A stretch of DNA of 64,000 nucleotides from Octopus sinensis (taxonomy: Eukaryota): contig NC_043020.1 in assembly GCF_006345805.1 (NCBI RefSeq), positions 25,668,001 through 25,732,000 on the forward strand, written 5' to 3'. The notes below the pieces were generated by a model. That model was given only the letters and a program-made list of their open reading frames with translations, searched no databases and was not told the origin of the DNA. Below, one piece after another: positions 11,808-25,559 of the stretch (position 1 is its first letter; every line of letters starts with the position of its first letter). The translations under genes were made by a program, and so were the position numbers.

Positions 11808-11812
<5 letters not shown>
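11590..11812 (+). mobile_element. Short HHR-bearing element ending in (TA)n
   Basis: Contains the HHR at 11663-11709; the 3' end TACTCCGGTC abuts (TA)n. The 5' boundary is approximate. Confidence 0.6.
11663..11709 (+). ncRNA. Minimal type I hammerhead ribozyme (second family)
   Basis: CTGT-CTGATGA-ACG GCAA CGA-GAAA-CTC A GAG-TA-ACAG: stem I CTGT/ACAG (extendable), stem III ACTC/GAGT, GUA site after 11700. The first stem II pair is an A.A mismatch. Confidence 0.75.
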
Positions 11813-11843
<31 letters not shown>

Positions 11844-11867
11844 CACACATATATATATATATTCATG

Positions 11868-11902
<35 letters not shown>

Positions 11903-12927
11903 GTGCATGTGAGTGTGTGCGTATATACGTGTGTATGAATGTGTATAAAAGCCCAGACATATGTGTCTTTGCGTCTATTATTTTTGACAGTGTTCGTGTT
12001 TGTGCATATATATATATCTCGAAGCATACGGCTGAAAATATATCGCTTTCATTATCATTTCACTAGCGTCTGGTAATTTGGTATTTATTATTAAGTAGTC
12101 ATCGATTAAAATAATGCAATGTGATTCTAGCTTCAATAATTAATTATACCTCCCGCTGTTTTCACAAATGTCAGCCATTTTAACATTTCAACGGCCATTT
12201 TAAATTTGGCCTCTTTTCCATTTTTGACCAAGTAAATTCATTATGACGATGTCTCTCATTTGTAATCTATTGTTGTTGATGTGATTATTCTTCGCATTAT
12301 CGAGGAAATGGTTTTGAAATGTGGAGCTCAACTTGTTTTATTTCTTTATTAAATGTGTTTCGATTTTAAATCTTCCGCTGCTTAATATTATGTCACACGG
12401 AACTTTTTGAAATATGCTTGTTTTTGTTTAGTTGGTATTTTACGATCTATTCTTCAAATTTTTTTCATTTCATTTTACAAAATGGCTGACATTCGAAATC
12501 CTGCTCTGAATTAATCATTTGAAAGTTGAGATAATGGAAAGGGACTTAGCAAAGATTGTGATATGGGCGGGACCAGGAAATCACTTAAATACTCTCCAAT
12601 TAGCTGTCAGTTTAGTTGTCCATCAAGTTGTTAGATGTCTATTAAAGACAGGCGGAGGAAATATTGTGTTGTCAGAAAACTTCGTTCGTTTTTCTTTCTT
12701 TTTTTTCTTGTCTTTGAAGTTGGCATTCCATCGTCATATATTTGAAAGGTGGTTGAAATTATCAAAATTTCAAAACGATAAACAAATGATGTAGAGAAAT
12801 GTAAAACTACAAATTTTATACATTGCTAAAGATAAATATCACTCGAGTACAGTAGAACACGCCACTTTAAATCTTTGTTAGGTTATCTGTGTATAAAAGA
12901 CGTAAGGACAGGATAACCAGAAGTCCA

Positions 12928-13003
<76 letters not shown>

Positions 13004-13263
13004 TACGGAGATGTACCTGCAGAGTGAGTGACTTGATCTGAGATCGTGTGCTGGAACAAAAAAAAAGCGTGGAAGGTGTATATAAGCCATTTAGGAAACA
13101 CACAAAACCGTAGATTCACTTTAACATCTATATTTAATTTGTCGAAATATTTTCGTCGCTTTAAGACCGCAACCTGTTCACTGACAAATTAAATTTAAAT
13201 GTTGAAGTGAATCTAACGGTTTTGTGTGTTTCTTAAATTGCTTATAAACACCTTCCATGCTGC
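13004..13263. mobile_element. Short element with ~77-bp inverted arms (13067-13143 and 13183-13260) inserted in (AAT)n; hammerhead-like topology on the minus strand
   Basis: The arms are imperfect reverse complements and (AAT)n lies on both flanks. The minus strand reads TTGTC-AGTGAACAG-GTTGC..GCGAC-GAAA-ATATT-TC-GACAA. Confidence 0.65.
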
Positions 13264-13356
<93 letters not shown>

Positions 13357-13859
13357 AAGAAGAAGAAGAAGAAGAAATCCTTTCCACTAAAGGCACAAGG
13401 CCTGAACATCGATATTAGTACTCAAATGGTACTTATTTAATCAACTCCGAAAGATGAAAAGCAAATTAGACCTCGGTGAAGTTTGAACTGAGAGCATTCA
13501 GACGGACAAAATACCACTAAACTAAAGATTCTGCCAACTCAGTGACGCCTGGAATTCAAGTAATATTCGGTAAAGTAAGTATCAAATTTGCTGGCCTTGT
13601 GCCAAAATTGAGAACAAACATTACACATCAACAAGAATAACAGAAACAAGAAAGTCTATAAATTCTCTGTGTGACACCAAACGTGTATACCAAACGAAAG
13701 AGCTAAATTTCCCTTCGATAAAATTTATGCTCAATGCCTTACAAAACGTTTGATTCTATGAAATTAAATATTCATGGCGGCGTTTCTGTTAAATTTCTCC
13801 TCGTCAGTATTTAGAAATTATTTCAACTTCACTGGATGCTGTTGCTGTTGTTGTTAGTG

Positions 13860-14080
13860 TTATAGTTTTGCGGTTATTGTATTCTGATAATTTCTTATTC
13901 TGCGGGCGATGGTGATGAAGACCGCCATGACGATAACAATGAGCATGAACTCCCTCCTCCACATCATGATCGACGTCATCGTCCACCCCTTCCTCCTCCT
14001 CCTCCTCCCCATCATCATCTTCATCATCATCATCATCATCATCAACAACATCAACATCATCATCAACATCATCATCACCG

Positions 14081-14111
<31 letters not shown>

Positions 14112-14178
14112 TATCAACCTCATCATCATCATTATCATCATCATCATCCTCACTTCATCCTCATCGTCGTCGTCGTGG

Positions 14179-14214
<36 letters not shown>

Positions 14215-15430
14215 CATTAGCATCATCATCATCATCATCATTTTATTTTCATCACAATTCCGGTTAATTTCCTTTTCACTGCAACCTACCTAATTTGACT
14301 CCACCGCTCCCCCTCATTCTGTTACTGTGCCTTCTCCTTTTTATTCCCCTCCTCCTTGCCCCTTTTCCTGTGCCGCTGTCTTCATGTTAATCAAAATTTT
14401 AATCTTGATAATGATCAATATTACACAATTCAAGTTATTCATCATCAAGATTATCATAATTATGCAGATTATCACATTCATCATAATCATGATAATCTTA
14501 ATCTTATCGATATCCTCCCCATTCTGGTGCTGAACCCTAACCTCATCATCATCAACATCATCATCATCATCACCAACACCTTCAAAACCAACAACTGCCA
14601 TCATCATCGTCCCCATTCGCATTCACCTCATCCCCTCCCTTCCTCCTTCACATCCGTTCCTCCTACTCCCAACCTCTTCCGCCACCCCACCACTTCTTCT
14701 TCATTTTCTTCTTCCTTTTCTTTTTCTTTTTCTGCTTTATTTTCTTCTACTTTTTCCTTCATTTCTATAACTTCCTTCTCACCTTGCTTCCGTCCTTTTC
14801 TACCCTCTCTCCCTTTCCTCCACCACCACCTACTCCTACACCTCCTTCTCCTCCTCCTCCCTCTCATCCTATATATTCTTCAATTTGTTCTTTTTAGACT
14901 GCTTCATGCCCATCATCATCACCACCACCACCATCATCATAATCTTCTCAGTTTTCTTCTTCTTTCTCTTCTTCTTCTCCTCCTCTTGCTTCATCTGCTT
15001 CTTCTTTTTTCTCCTTTTTCTTCTTCGTCTTCGTTTTCTTCTTCTTCTTCTTGTTCTCCTTCTTCTTCTTCTTCTTCCTCTTCTTCTTTTTCTCCTTCTT
15101 CTTCTACTCAGTTTTTTTAGTCTTGTTGTTGTTGTTGTTGTTTTCTTCTTCTTCTTCTTCTTCTTCATCATCATCATCATCATCATCACCTAGTTGTTGT
15201 TGTTGTTCTTGTTCTCCTTCTTCTTCTTCTTCTTCTTCTTCTTCTTCTTCTCTTCTCATCATCATCTTCTTCTTCTTCTCATATTTGTTCCTTCTTGTCT
15301 TTTTCTCTTCCTTCATCCTATCAATAATTATATTTTTATATTCTCCCACCAAATTTACATTATTTTTTTCTCCACCACCTTTATTCTTCAAATCTTCCTC
15401 TTGTCTTCTCTTTTCCTCCATGTTGTAGCA
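13860..15430. repeat. Low-complexity (CAT)n/(CTT)n and pyrimidine-rich tract
   Basis: Mixed trinucleotide microsatellites; the overlapping poly-I/S/L/K ORFs are artefacts. Confidence 0.9.
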
Positions 15431-15600
15431 TATTGGCAACGAAACCTTGTAGAATATAATAGAAATTTCCGAAAATGCATGGTTCTTATTAATTCTCCAT
15501 TTGACTTGTAGCTATGAATAATTCATTTAGTTTGATGGCGGAATTTGGTTAATTTTCTGTTTGACTTTACGGTTATTTTTTAGATTTATCATCATCATCA

Positions 15601-15665
<65 letters not shown>

Positions 15666-15908
15666 TGTTTTTTGGGCTTTAGCATTTGTTAAATTTGCTG
15701 GCGTGTTTGTTTAATATATTGCTACCACATAACACATATATTGGAATAAAAAAACAAAACAAAACAACTATTCAAGATTCTCACAAACAATTCACTGTTT
15801 TTTCTTTCTTTCTTTCCTTTTTCCTCGCTGTCTCAGCCTCTCTCTGTCTCTCTCGGTTTTACTCACGTTATACAGCACAAATCTGTATGATCCTACATAA
15901 TGCATACA

Positions 15909-15977
<69 letters not shown>

Positions 15978-16026
15978 ATATATACATCTATCTAGCTATC
16001 TCTCTATCTTTCTCTCTCTCTCTCTC

Positions 16027-16083
<57 letters not shown>

Positions 16084-16501
16084 GTTCTTTTTTATACTCT
16101 TTAAATTGTCTCAGTTATTTGACTGCGGCCATGCTACAGTACCCCCCTAGACGATTTTACTAATAAAAGAAATCGACCCCAGAACTTATTCTTTTGTAAG
16201 CGTAGTACTTATTTTATCGATTGAATTTTGTCGAACCTCTATGTTACGGAGACATCAACACATTACCATTGGTTGTCAAGCGATGGCGGGGGTACAAAAA
16301 CACAGACATACACACACAGACACAGACACACACACACACACAGACACACACACATACAAGGATCACAAAGGAATTCAGTCAATTACATCGACTCCAGTGT
16401 GTAACTGGTCCTTAATTTATGGACCCCGAAAAGATGAAAGGCAAAGTCGACCAATGCGGAATTTGAACTCAGAACGTAACGGTAGACGAAATACGAAATA
16501 T

Positions 16502-16733
16502 ATTTCTTTCCTACCCACAAGGGGCTAAACACACACGGGACAAACAAGGACAGACAAACGGATTAAGTCGATTACATCGACCCCAGTGCGTAACTGGTAC
16601 TTAATTTATCGACCTCGAAAGGATGAAAGGCAAAGTCGACCTCGGCGGAATTTGAACTTCCAGCGTAACGGCAGACGAAATACCGCTAATCATTTCGCCC
16701 AGCACGCTAACGTTTCTGCCAGCTAACCGCCTT
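16502..16733 (-). mobile_element. tRNA-derived SINE, family A (AAGGCGG..GCTGGCAGAAACGTTAGC head); a partial second copy lies at 16345-16500
   Basis: Minus-strand head followed by the AGTTCAAATTCCGCCGAGGTCGACTTTGCCTTTCATCC body. Confidence 0.8.
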
Positions 16734-16818
16734 ACTGTTTTCATAGTGTTCGTGTTTTTATTGTATTATCATCATTATATGTATTTTTTTAAGTTGGAAG
16801 ACAGTGTTGTATAATATA

Positions 16819-17496
16819 CAGGGTTGACCAGAAGTCAACCGACAGGAAATCAAAATTCCATATATATTGTTTGTAATTGTGTATTGACTCGAATAGGAAA
16901 ATGTGTCGCTCAAAAAAGGACTTCAGTTTGAACGATTTACTCTTTACTCTTTTCTCTTTTACTTGTTTCAGTCATTTGACTGCGGCCATGCTGGAGCACC
17001 GCCTTTAGTCGAGCAAATCGACCCCGGGACTTATTCTTTTGTAAGCCCAGTACTTATTCTATAGGTCTCTTTTGCCGAACCGCTAAGTAACGGGGACGTA
17101 AACACACCAGCATCGGTTGTCAAGCAATGCTAGGGGTACAAACACAGACACACAAACACATACACACACACACACACACCACACACATATATATATATAT
17201 ATATACATATATACATATATACGTCAGGCTTCTTTCAGTTTCCGTCTACCAAATCCACTCACAAGGCATTGGTCTGCCCGGGGCTATAGCAGAAGACACT
17301 TGCCCAGGATGCGACGCAGTGGGACTGAACCCGGAACCATGTGGTTGGTTAGCAAGCCACATAGCCACTCCTGCGCCTATTTCCATGATTTTTCGTATTT
17401 AAATGCTTTTATTACATTCATTCAGTTGTTAAACATAAATATATCTTGGAATTAAATGGTTTTGATTCACTCTCAGGTGACTTTTGGAAAACCCTG
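16819..17496. mobile_element. Tc1/mariner-type MITE (~235 bp) interrupted by a SINE
   Basis: TA|CAGGGTTGACCAGAAGTCA...TGACTTTTGGAAAACCCTG|TA: imperfect ~22-bp TIRs with a TA target duplication. Duplicated at 18657-19336. Confidence 0.75.
16936..17378 (-). mobile_element. Full-length tRNA-derived SINE, family B (GGCGCAGGAGTGGCT head, internal microsatellite, AAGAGT-like tail)
   Basis: A-box and B-box-like head (GGTTCAGTCCC), body CCTTGGGCAAGTGTCTTC, tail GACTGAAACAAGTAAAAGAG. Confidence 0.85.
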
Positions 17497-17540
17497 TATA
17501 AATATACCCCACCACGCACACAGACACATACACACACATT

Positions 17541-17762
17541 CACGGGGTGGTGCTCAAAAAAATTACTGGGTTTCGGTAAAGGAAAATACAGGAGGGTCAG
17601 TTAACTATGATTTTATTCAACATATTACCTTAATAGATTCACACACTTATTACAGCGGTCCTTCAGTTTTTCAAAGACTTGCTAAAGACCTCGGAAGTTT
17701 GGGCCTGGAACCAGGCCTTTTGCGATACCCTCAAAAGCCAGGAAGTCGTCAGCACCTCCTCA
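17541..17762 (-). mobile_element. Non-autonomous mariner deletion derivative; duplicated at 19381-19603
   Basis: The minus strand translates EKLKDRCNKCVNLLR*YVE* (mariner C-terminus). Degenerate TIRs GGTGCT..AAA../..GTCAGCACC. Confidence 0.7.
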
Positions 17763-18345
17763 TATATTGGCTGTGTCGTAAGAATTTTGCTTTGCTGTCA
17801 CATGGTTTCGGGTTCGGTCCCACTGCGTGGCACCTTGGGCTACTGTCTTTTATTATAACTCTATAGCCTCAGGCCAATAAAGTCTTGTTAGGTGTGGTAG
17901 ACGGAAACTGAATGTATATATATATATATGTTCTTTTTTATACTCTTTAAATTGTCTCAGTTATTTGACTGCGGCCATGCTACAGTACCACCCTAGACGA
18001 TTTTACTAATAAAAGAAATCGACCCCAGAACTATTTCTTTGTAAGCGTAGTACTTATTTTATCGATTGAATTTTGTCGAACCTCTATGTTACGGAGACAT
18101 CAACACATTACCATTGGTTGTCAAGCGATGGCGGGGGTACAAACACAGACATACACACACAGACACAGACACACACACACACACAGACACACACACATAC
18201 AAGGATACACAAAGGAATTCAGTCAATTACATCGACTCCAGTGTGTAACTGGTCCTTAATTTATGGACCCCGAAAAGATGAAAGGCAAAGTCGACCAATG
18301 CGGAATTTGAACTCAGAACGTAACGGTAGACGAAATACGAAATAT

Positions 18346-18572
18346 ATTTCTTTCCACCCACAAGGGGCTAAACACACACGGACAAACAAGGACAGACAAA
18401 CGGATTAAGTCGATTACATCGACCCCAGGCGTAACTGGTACTTAATTTATCGACCTCGAAAGGATGAAAGGCAAAGTCGACCTCGGCGGAATTTGAACTT
18501 CCAGCGTAACGGCAGACGAAATACGCTAATCATTTCGCCCAGCACGCTAACGTTTTGCCAGCTAACCGCCTT
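18346..18572 (-). mobile_element. SINE family A (duplicated copy)
   Basis: Copy of 16502-16733. Confidence 0.8.
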
Positions 18573-18773
18573 ACTGTTTTCATAGTGTCGTGTTTTTATT
18601 GTATTATCATCATTATATGTATTTTTTTATTGAGGAAGACAGTGTTGTATAATATACAGGGTTGACCAGAAGCTCAACCGACAGGAAATCAAAATTCCAT
18701 ATATATTGTTTGTAATTGTGTATTGACTCGAATAGGAAAATGGTCGCTCAAAAAAGGACTTCAGTTTGAACGA

Positions 18774-19219
18774 TTTACTCTTTACTCTTTTCTCTTTTAC
18801 TTGTTTCAGTCATTTGACTGCGCCATGCTGGAGCACCGCCTTTAGTCGAGCAATCGACCCCGGGACTTATTCTTTTGTAAGCCCAGTACTTATTCTATAG
18901 GTCTTTTTGCCGAACGCATAGTAACGGGGACGTAAACACACCAGCATCGGTTGTCAAGCAATGCTAGGGGTACAAACACAGACACCCAAAACACATAAAC
19001 ACACAACACACACACACACACACACATAATATATATATATATATACATAATACATATATACGTCGGCTTCTTTCAGTTGCCGTCTACCAAATCCACTCAC
19101 AAGGCATTGGTCTGCCCGGGCTGTATAGCAGAAGACACTTGCCCAGGATGCGACGCGCAGTGGGACTGAACCCGGAACCATGTGGTTGGTTAGCAAGCCA
19201 CATAGCCACTCCTGCGCCT
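18774..19219 (-). mobile_element. SINE family B (duplicated copy)
   Basis: Copy of 16936-17378. Confidence 0.8.
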
Positions 19220-19609
19220 ATTTCCATGATTTTTCGTATTTAAATGCTTTTATACATTCATTCAGTTGTTAAACATAAATATATCTTGGAATTAAATGGT
19301 TTTGATTCACTCTCAGGTGACTTTTGGAAAACCCTGTATAAATATACCCCACCACGCACACAGACACATACACACACATTCACCGGGGTGGTGCTCAAAA
19401 AAAAATACTGGGTTTCGGTAAGGAAAATACAGGAGTGGGTCAGTTAACTATGATTTTATTCAACATATTACCTTAATAGTTCACAACACTTATTACAGCG
19501 GTCCTTCATTTTTCAAAGACTTGCTAAAGACCTCGGAAGTTTGGGCCTGGAACCAGGCCTTTTGCGATACCCTCAAAAGCCAGGAAGTCGTCAGCACCTC
19601 CTCATATAT

Positions 19610-20050
19610 TGGCTGTGTCGTAAGAATTTTGCTTTGCTGTCACATGGTTTCGGGTTCGGTCCCACTGCGTGGCACCTTGGCTACTGTCTTTTATTATAAC
19701 TCTATAGCCTCAGTCCAATAAAAGTCTTTGAGTAGGTGTGGTAACGGAAACTGAATGTATATATATAGATATATATATATATTTATATATATATATATAT
19801 ATATATATTCATATATATATATATATATGTATATGTTTGTGTGTCTGTGCTGGTCACCCCCAACTTCCCTTGACAATGAATGTTGATGTGTTTACGTCCC
19901 CGTAAAATAGCGGTTCGGCAAAAGAGACCGATAGAATAAGTACTAGGCTTACAAAGAATAAGTCCTCGGGTCGATTTGCTCGACTAAAGGTGGTGCTCCA
20001 GCCTGGCCACAGTCACATGACTGAAACAAATATAAGAATGTAAAAGAATA
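19610..20050 (+). mobile_element. SINE family B with internal (TA)n
   Basis: Head and body, then (TA)n, then the tail GGTTCGGCAAAAGAGACCGATAGAATAAGTAC...GACTGAAACAA. Confidence 0.8.
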
Positions 20051-20106
20051 AAACAACACACACCCTCACATATATGTGTGTATATGCATGTGTGTATATA
20101 TGTATG

Positions 20107-20140
<34 letters not shown>

Positions 20141-20867
20141 TGTATTGTATGTATGTATGTATGCATTTCTGTATTTATACACTTGAACACAATTTGAAAA
20201 ATAGCTTCCTTGATTGCAGGGCTCGAACGCAGCAACTACAGGTTCAATAGTTCATTACATTTACAATAGTGAGAATAACACGAGGACAACTGCGCAAACT
20301 TTGGTCCGGAACAAACAACAACGCAAACATTACTGTTTTTAAAACAGCCCCTTATTTTTTTTATCAGTTTTCTTAACAGTTTTTTTTTTTGCATTTTTAC
20401 TTAATTTATTTCCTCGTCTCTTGTGTATATGAGATGCAGATTCAGCTGCTTCTAGAGACAGCATATGAAAATCAGAATCTAATAAGAAGAAGGGGAGGGG
20501 GAGGAGGATGAAGAGGAGGAGGCATACAAAAGTGCTGTTAGCAATTTAGCTACACCAATCCTCAATACATTTCTTTCTTTTCCACAGGCTTCAAAAATAA
20601 TAAAAGGATATTATAAACTTTAGTAACCGCCATTATCATCATATATCAATAAAAAAAATATAGAGTATAAATAGAAATAAAAATAAGATAAAAATCAAAT
20701 GAATTTAAGGCGAAAAGAACTAAAGAACTAAACAAGTAAAATTATTAAAACAAGTGGCAGAATCAGATTGGGAAAATGTAACAATGCTGAGTGCAGTCAC
20801 AGGAATTTCTATTAAGAAAAGGAAGGGAGAGGTACAGAGGGTGGAGAGGAAGGTGATGGAGAGACAG

Positions 20868-20898
<31 letters not shown>

Positions 20899-21313
20899 GG
20901 AAAGGCAGGATTCATAAAACTGAAAGAGGCAGCCGAGAAAAATACAATAAATAAACGTGATTTAGAAAACAAACGTCTAAAAGATTTTATGAATAAATTA
21001 TTACTTGCTCAGGAAGTCACACATTCAATGCTTAAATTCCATCTCCAGCACCGGCACCAGTTAGCATAATCAGCATCACTATCATCGTCGTCGTCGTCAT
21101 CATCATCGTCATCATCATCGACATCATCATCATCATCAACAACGACATCATCGTCACGACAGAGCATCGTCTCTACCACCATCCGCCATGCTGACACACA
21201 AAAAAAAACATTCTCAATCTATAAACCACCTATTCATCAATAATGATGATGATGATGATAAGAGTAGTAGTAATGATAATAATAATAATAATAATAATAA
21301 TATAAAAGAAAAA

Positions 21314-21363
<50 letters not shown>

Positions 21364-21838
21364 ATAATAATAATAATAATAATAATAATAGTAATAATAA
21401 TAGTAATAATAATAATGATAATAATAATAATAATAATAACAACAACAATAATAATAATGGTAAAAGAAGAACTACAACAACAAAACTCAGGAAAAGAACC
21501 ACAACAATTGTAGTAGTAGTAGTAGTAGTAGAACTAAGAGAAAAGAAAGAAATTTACAAAAGGAGCAAAATTTTAAAAAAATCTAAGCAATAAATATTTT
21601 AATTGTGATTGTGTAAATATGTATATATATATATATATACATATATACACATACACACACACGCACATATATGCATATATATATATACATACATATATAT
21701 ATGCATGTGTGTGTATGTGAATACTATGTGTACATATGTAATGATATACATATATACATACATCAATACGTACATATATATCCATTCCAGTCTTTAGTAT
21801 AACAGAGAATATCGATAAGATAGAAATATATATCTGCA

Positions 21839-21889
<51 letters not shown>

Positions 21890-22569
21890 CTAATATATCT
21901 ATACACACTGTTACTCACTGGCAAACACAGACACGCATACACACTCACACTCACACTTTCACATTATGTGTAGGAGGTAATAGTTAGAGAAATATGTGTC
22001 TTTGTATGAAAGTGTGCCTGTGTAACGGAATGAAGGAATGAAGAGAAAGCAAATTAGGTTCGTGGCGTGTAGAGCGAAGCAAAGAAACACTGTATTAATG
22101 GGATTTCTTAATGAATAAAAGAATGAAATTTGTCGACATTTTATTGGTGCTTTTAAAATAGGAAATCTTCCGATAATAGATAAAAAAAACACCCAGAAAA
22201 CTATCACGTATATATTGATGCATAAAAACATCTATCCATAGATGCGCAAAAATGCAGTCGCATATTCACACTTGTGCATGTGTATAATTATTTTCGAGTG
22301 CCACAAAAATGCAAGCTTGAAATAATGGAGGAATATATGCAAAGAAAAGAAAGAAAGCAATTGACTTCACACTTTTCGTCTATATTTCAATATTTTGGGC
22401 GTCAAGCCCCGCATCATGACGAAGATATACAACTGTCTTACGTGTGAATTGCACAATTATGTAGGTTTCTTTGGCTGTTTTTGACATGTGTAGTTTGATA
22501 GCATAACATTAGCAATTTGCATTGTAATTTCATGTTTGCTATAGTTTTAATTTATGAATTTATTATCAT

Positions 22570-22970
22570 TATTGGCACGTGGATTTGTGATTGAAGGATT
22601 GGTTTTCAACTACGTGGTTCAGGGTTCTGTCACAATGCGTGGCACCGTGGGCAAGGGATTTCCACTATAGCCTCGCCCTTGATCAAAGACTTTTGAGTAG
22701 ATTAAGTCGATGGAATTTTGTGTGTACGTATGTGTGTCTGTGTGTCTTTGTGCCCGTGTTTCTCTATCGTCACTGCTTGACACCCGGTGTTGGTGTGCTT
22801 ACAACCCCGTAATTTGGCGGCTCATCAAAAGAGATGGATAACATAAAAACCAGGGTTAAAGTAAACAAATTCTGGTGTCGATTCGTTCGACTTAAAAATT
22901 TTCCAAGGCGATGCTACAGCATGGCCGCAAGCTAATGACTCAAACAAGAAACAAATAAAAGCTAAAGTAA
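22570..22970 (+). mobile_element. Decayed SINE family B
   Basis: Diverged head, body and tail motifs in the correct order. Confidence 0.65.
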
Positions 22971-23204
22971 TAAAACACTAACCTTACTGCAATCCTGACT
23001 GTTTTAATGGCGGCCTTAATATTTTCGTTTTGGCTTTTCTCCAGATATTTCATTTTCCAATGTTTGGAACGCATCTATTAATGCATTCTATAATGATGTG
23101 GTTGTGTAGTTTAAAAGAACTAATTTTAGATGCACATAAATATAAATATCTTACAGATTACTGATGATTTCTCCGTTTCTGTACTTTCGCGTGTTTAAAT
23201 CACA

Positions 23205-23492
23205 GCGGGACATTTTAGAAATGGTTTCATTTCTAGATTAAATTTCATTCGTTGAACTGGCGGACATGTTGGAGCACTGCCTTCATGAAATGAACACCAA
23301 TTCTTACGTTTCTTAAAGTCTAGTATTTTCAATGTATCGGTTTTTTGCACAACCACTAAGTTATAGGTTCGTAAACAAACCAGCACTACCGGTTGTCAGG
23401 AGGTCTAGACAGAAACATAAAGACACGTTCATATGCACATACATACATAAATACATACATACACACACATACACACACACCACACACATATG

Positions 23493-23534
<42 letters not shown>

Positions 23535-23780
23535 GATATATACATACATCACACACACACACACATATATATGTATGTATATATATATATATAACATACA
23601 TACTATATATATATATATGTATGTAGTATGTATGTATATATATTATATATATATATTATATATATATATATATATACAACGTACTACATAGTATGTATAT
23701 ATATGTATGTATATAATGTATATATATATACATACATTCATATATATATATATAATATGCGTATGTATATATGTATGTAT

Positions 23781-23842
<62 letters not shown>

Positions 23843-23990
23843 ACGAGTTTCTACACTACTTGCTTCCACCAAATTCACTCGCAAGCAGTGATCGAACAGG
23901 AGCTTTAGAATATGGGATTTGCTCATGGTGCCGCATATTCGGTGTGAACCCGAAACCCCGTCGGACTTCCTAGCCATACAGCCATGCCTA
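23205..23990 (-). mobile_element. Decayed SINE family B with expanded internal (CA)/(TA) microsatellite
   Basis: Tail at 23205-23420 and head at 23840-23990 on the minus strand. Confidence 0.6.
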
Positions 23991-25559
23991 TAATTCTAGT
24001 CACATAATGTTTCAGAAAAAGTAATGTTTGGTGCCATCTAGAGTGTCTTTGACTGAGCGTTAGAAAAGCCACAACAACGTAAAAAAAATTAAATGAAACC
24101 ATAGAACTTAAGAGTCTCCGGATTGGTTGTGTTGCTAATATGTTCCCCTGATATCAAAGTGGTGTCGGGTTTGCTTCCACTTTACAGTACCTTAGGCAAA
24201 TCTCCTCACTTATACCGTGAGGTGAGTAATGATACTGAGTTGATCTGATTGAAAGATACTGTATGGAATCATGTCATATACATATGTATGTGTGATTGTG
24301 TGTGTGTGTGTGCGTGCGTGTGTGTGTGTGTGTGTGTGTGCGTGTTTGTCCCAACACCACTTGACAGCCGGCATATTTTGAGTCCATATCTGTGCAACAT
24401 AGTTCAACAGAAAGGACCCATAGAATACACGGCAGTCTTTGAAATGATAAACACAAGCCTCACTTTATTCATCTCAGCCATTCAAGGTGGTTCCCCAGTA
24501 TGACTGCAAGCCGATGGCTGAAAGAAACAACTAAAAGACGAATGGAAAAATAATTTGTAAAAACTAAAATTTACAAACATAGCAAACGTCAACAAATGCA
24601 ACGCTTTATATTTTCATTTACGAACAGACATTCATTATGATTACGTGTGGGTTATGCAGAAAATAAACATGCTATCGTTGAAAAACATCGCATTTATTCA
24701 ATAATATGTAGCTTTACTGTATGAGGCATGTTGCATGCTTGTGTATTATTTCCTTGTTAATAAATGCATGAAGTCATTGAAATGCTACGTCTATAGCTTT
24801 AATTGTTTGTAAATATCACAGAATTAATTACTGTCATGCTAGCTTTCTCTTCATGAAGCACCATTCTTATTCTTTTGCGTATTATATTCGCTTCTTCATT
24901 TCATTATACATGCACGTAACGTTACAAGGACATTCACTGTTAGAATTTGAAATTATTCGAAACGTTGTTGATGTTATTGGCTGTCGGTGTTGTCGTTTTT
25001 ACATTTGTATTCGTTGCTGTTGTTGGTTTTGTAGTTGTTGTTTCCCTGCAGGTCAGCCCCGATAGAGCAGGTTTACGATCAAAGACATTACAGGCACGCC
25101 CAGTTAGAATCTTTATTCAACCATAGTTTGTTTAGTTTTGATGTATATAATGGGTTTCCTGCTTTGCCGTTAGATTCCTTATTCAGCGAAAGGAACAGCC
25201 ATTCTGGAGGAGAATTATAATCAAAAGCATTCCAGCCATAACTACGTTGTTATTTTATTCAGACATAGTATCACCAGGAGTGAGATATTGAATGACATAC
25301 TGCAACAAAAAAAGAAAGAAAAAAAACAATTATATTTTATGAAGTCTTGAAGAATACATTTTGCGCAGGCGCAGTCATGGCTATGTGGTTAAGCAGCTCG
25401 CGTTGCAAACATGCTGCTTCGTATTCAATCCCGATGCGCGATATCTTGACCAAAAATCTGCAGCAGCCCTGGATCAAGAAGTGCCTTGTGAGTGTATTTG
25501 GTAAACGGAAACAGTGTAGACCCCATATACTCTCATATATATATATATATATATATATA

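Larger units (their letters stand above)
16078..19760. repeat. Tandem duplication of ~1.85 kb (16078-17925 and 17926-19760) bounded by (TA)n
   Basis: ATGTTCTTTTTTATACTCTTTAAATTGTC occurs at ~16082 and ~17928. The order of nested TEs is identical, and differences are mostly 1-bp indels. Confidence 0.9.

Noticed and set aside
12167-12493. 15-bp inverted repeat AATGTCAGCCATTTT ~310 bp apart
   Set aside because: No TSD or clear element boundaries and no second copy in the window, so a MITE cannot be supported.
20560-20640. Acceptor-like TTTCTTTCTTTTCCACAG
   Set aside because: No open frame or matching donor downstream; such pyrimidine tracts are common here.
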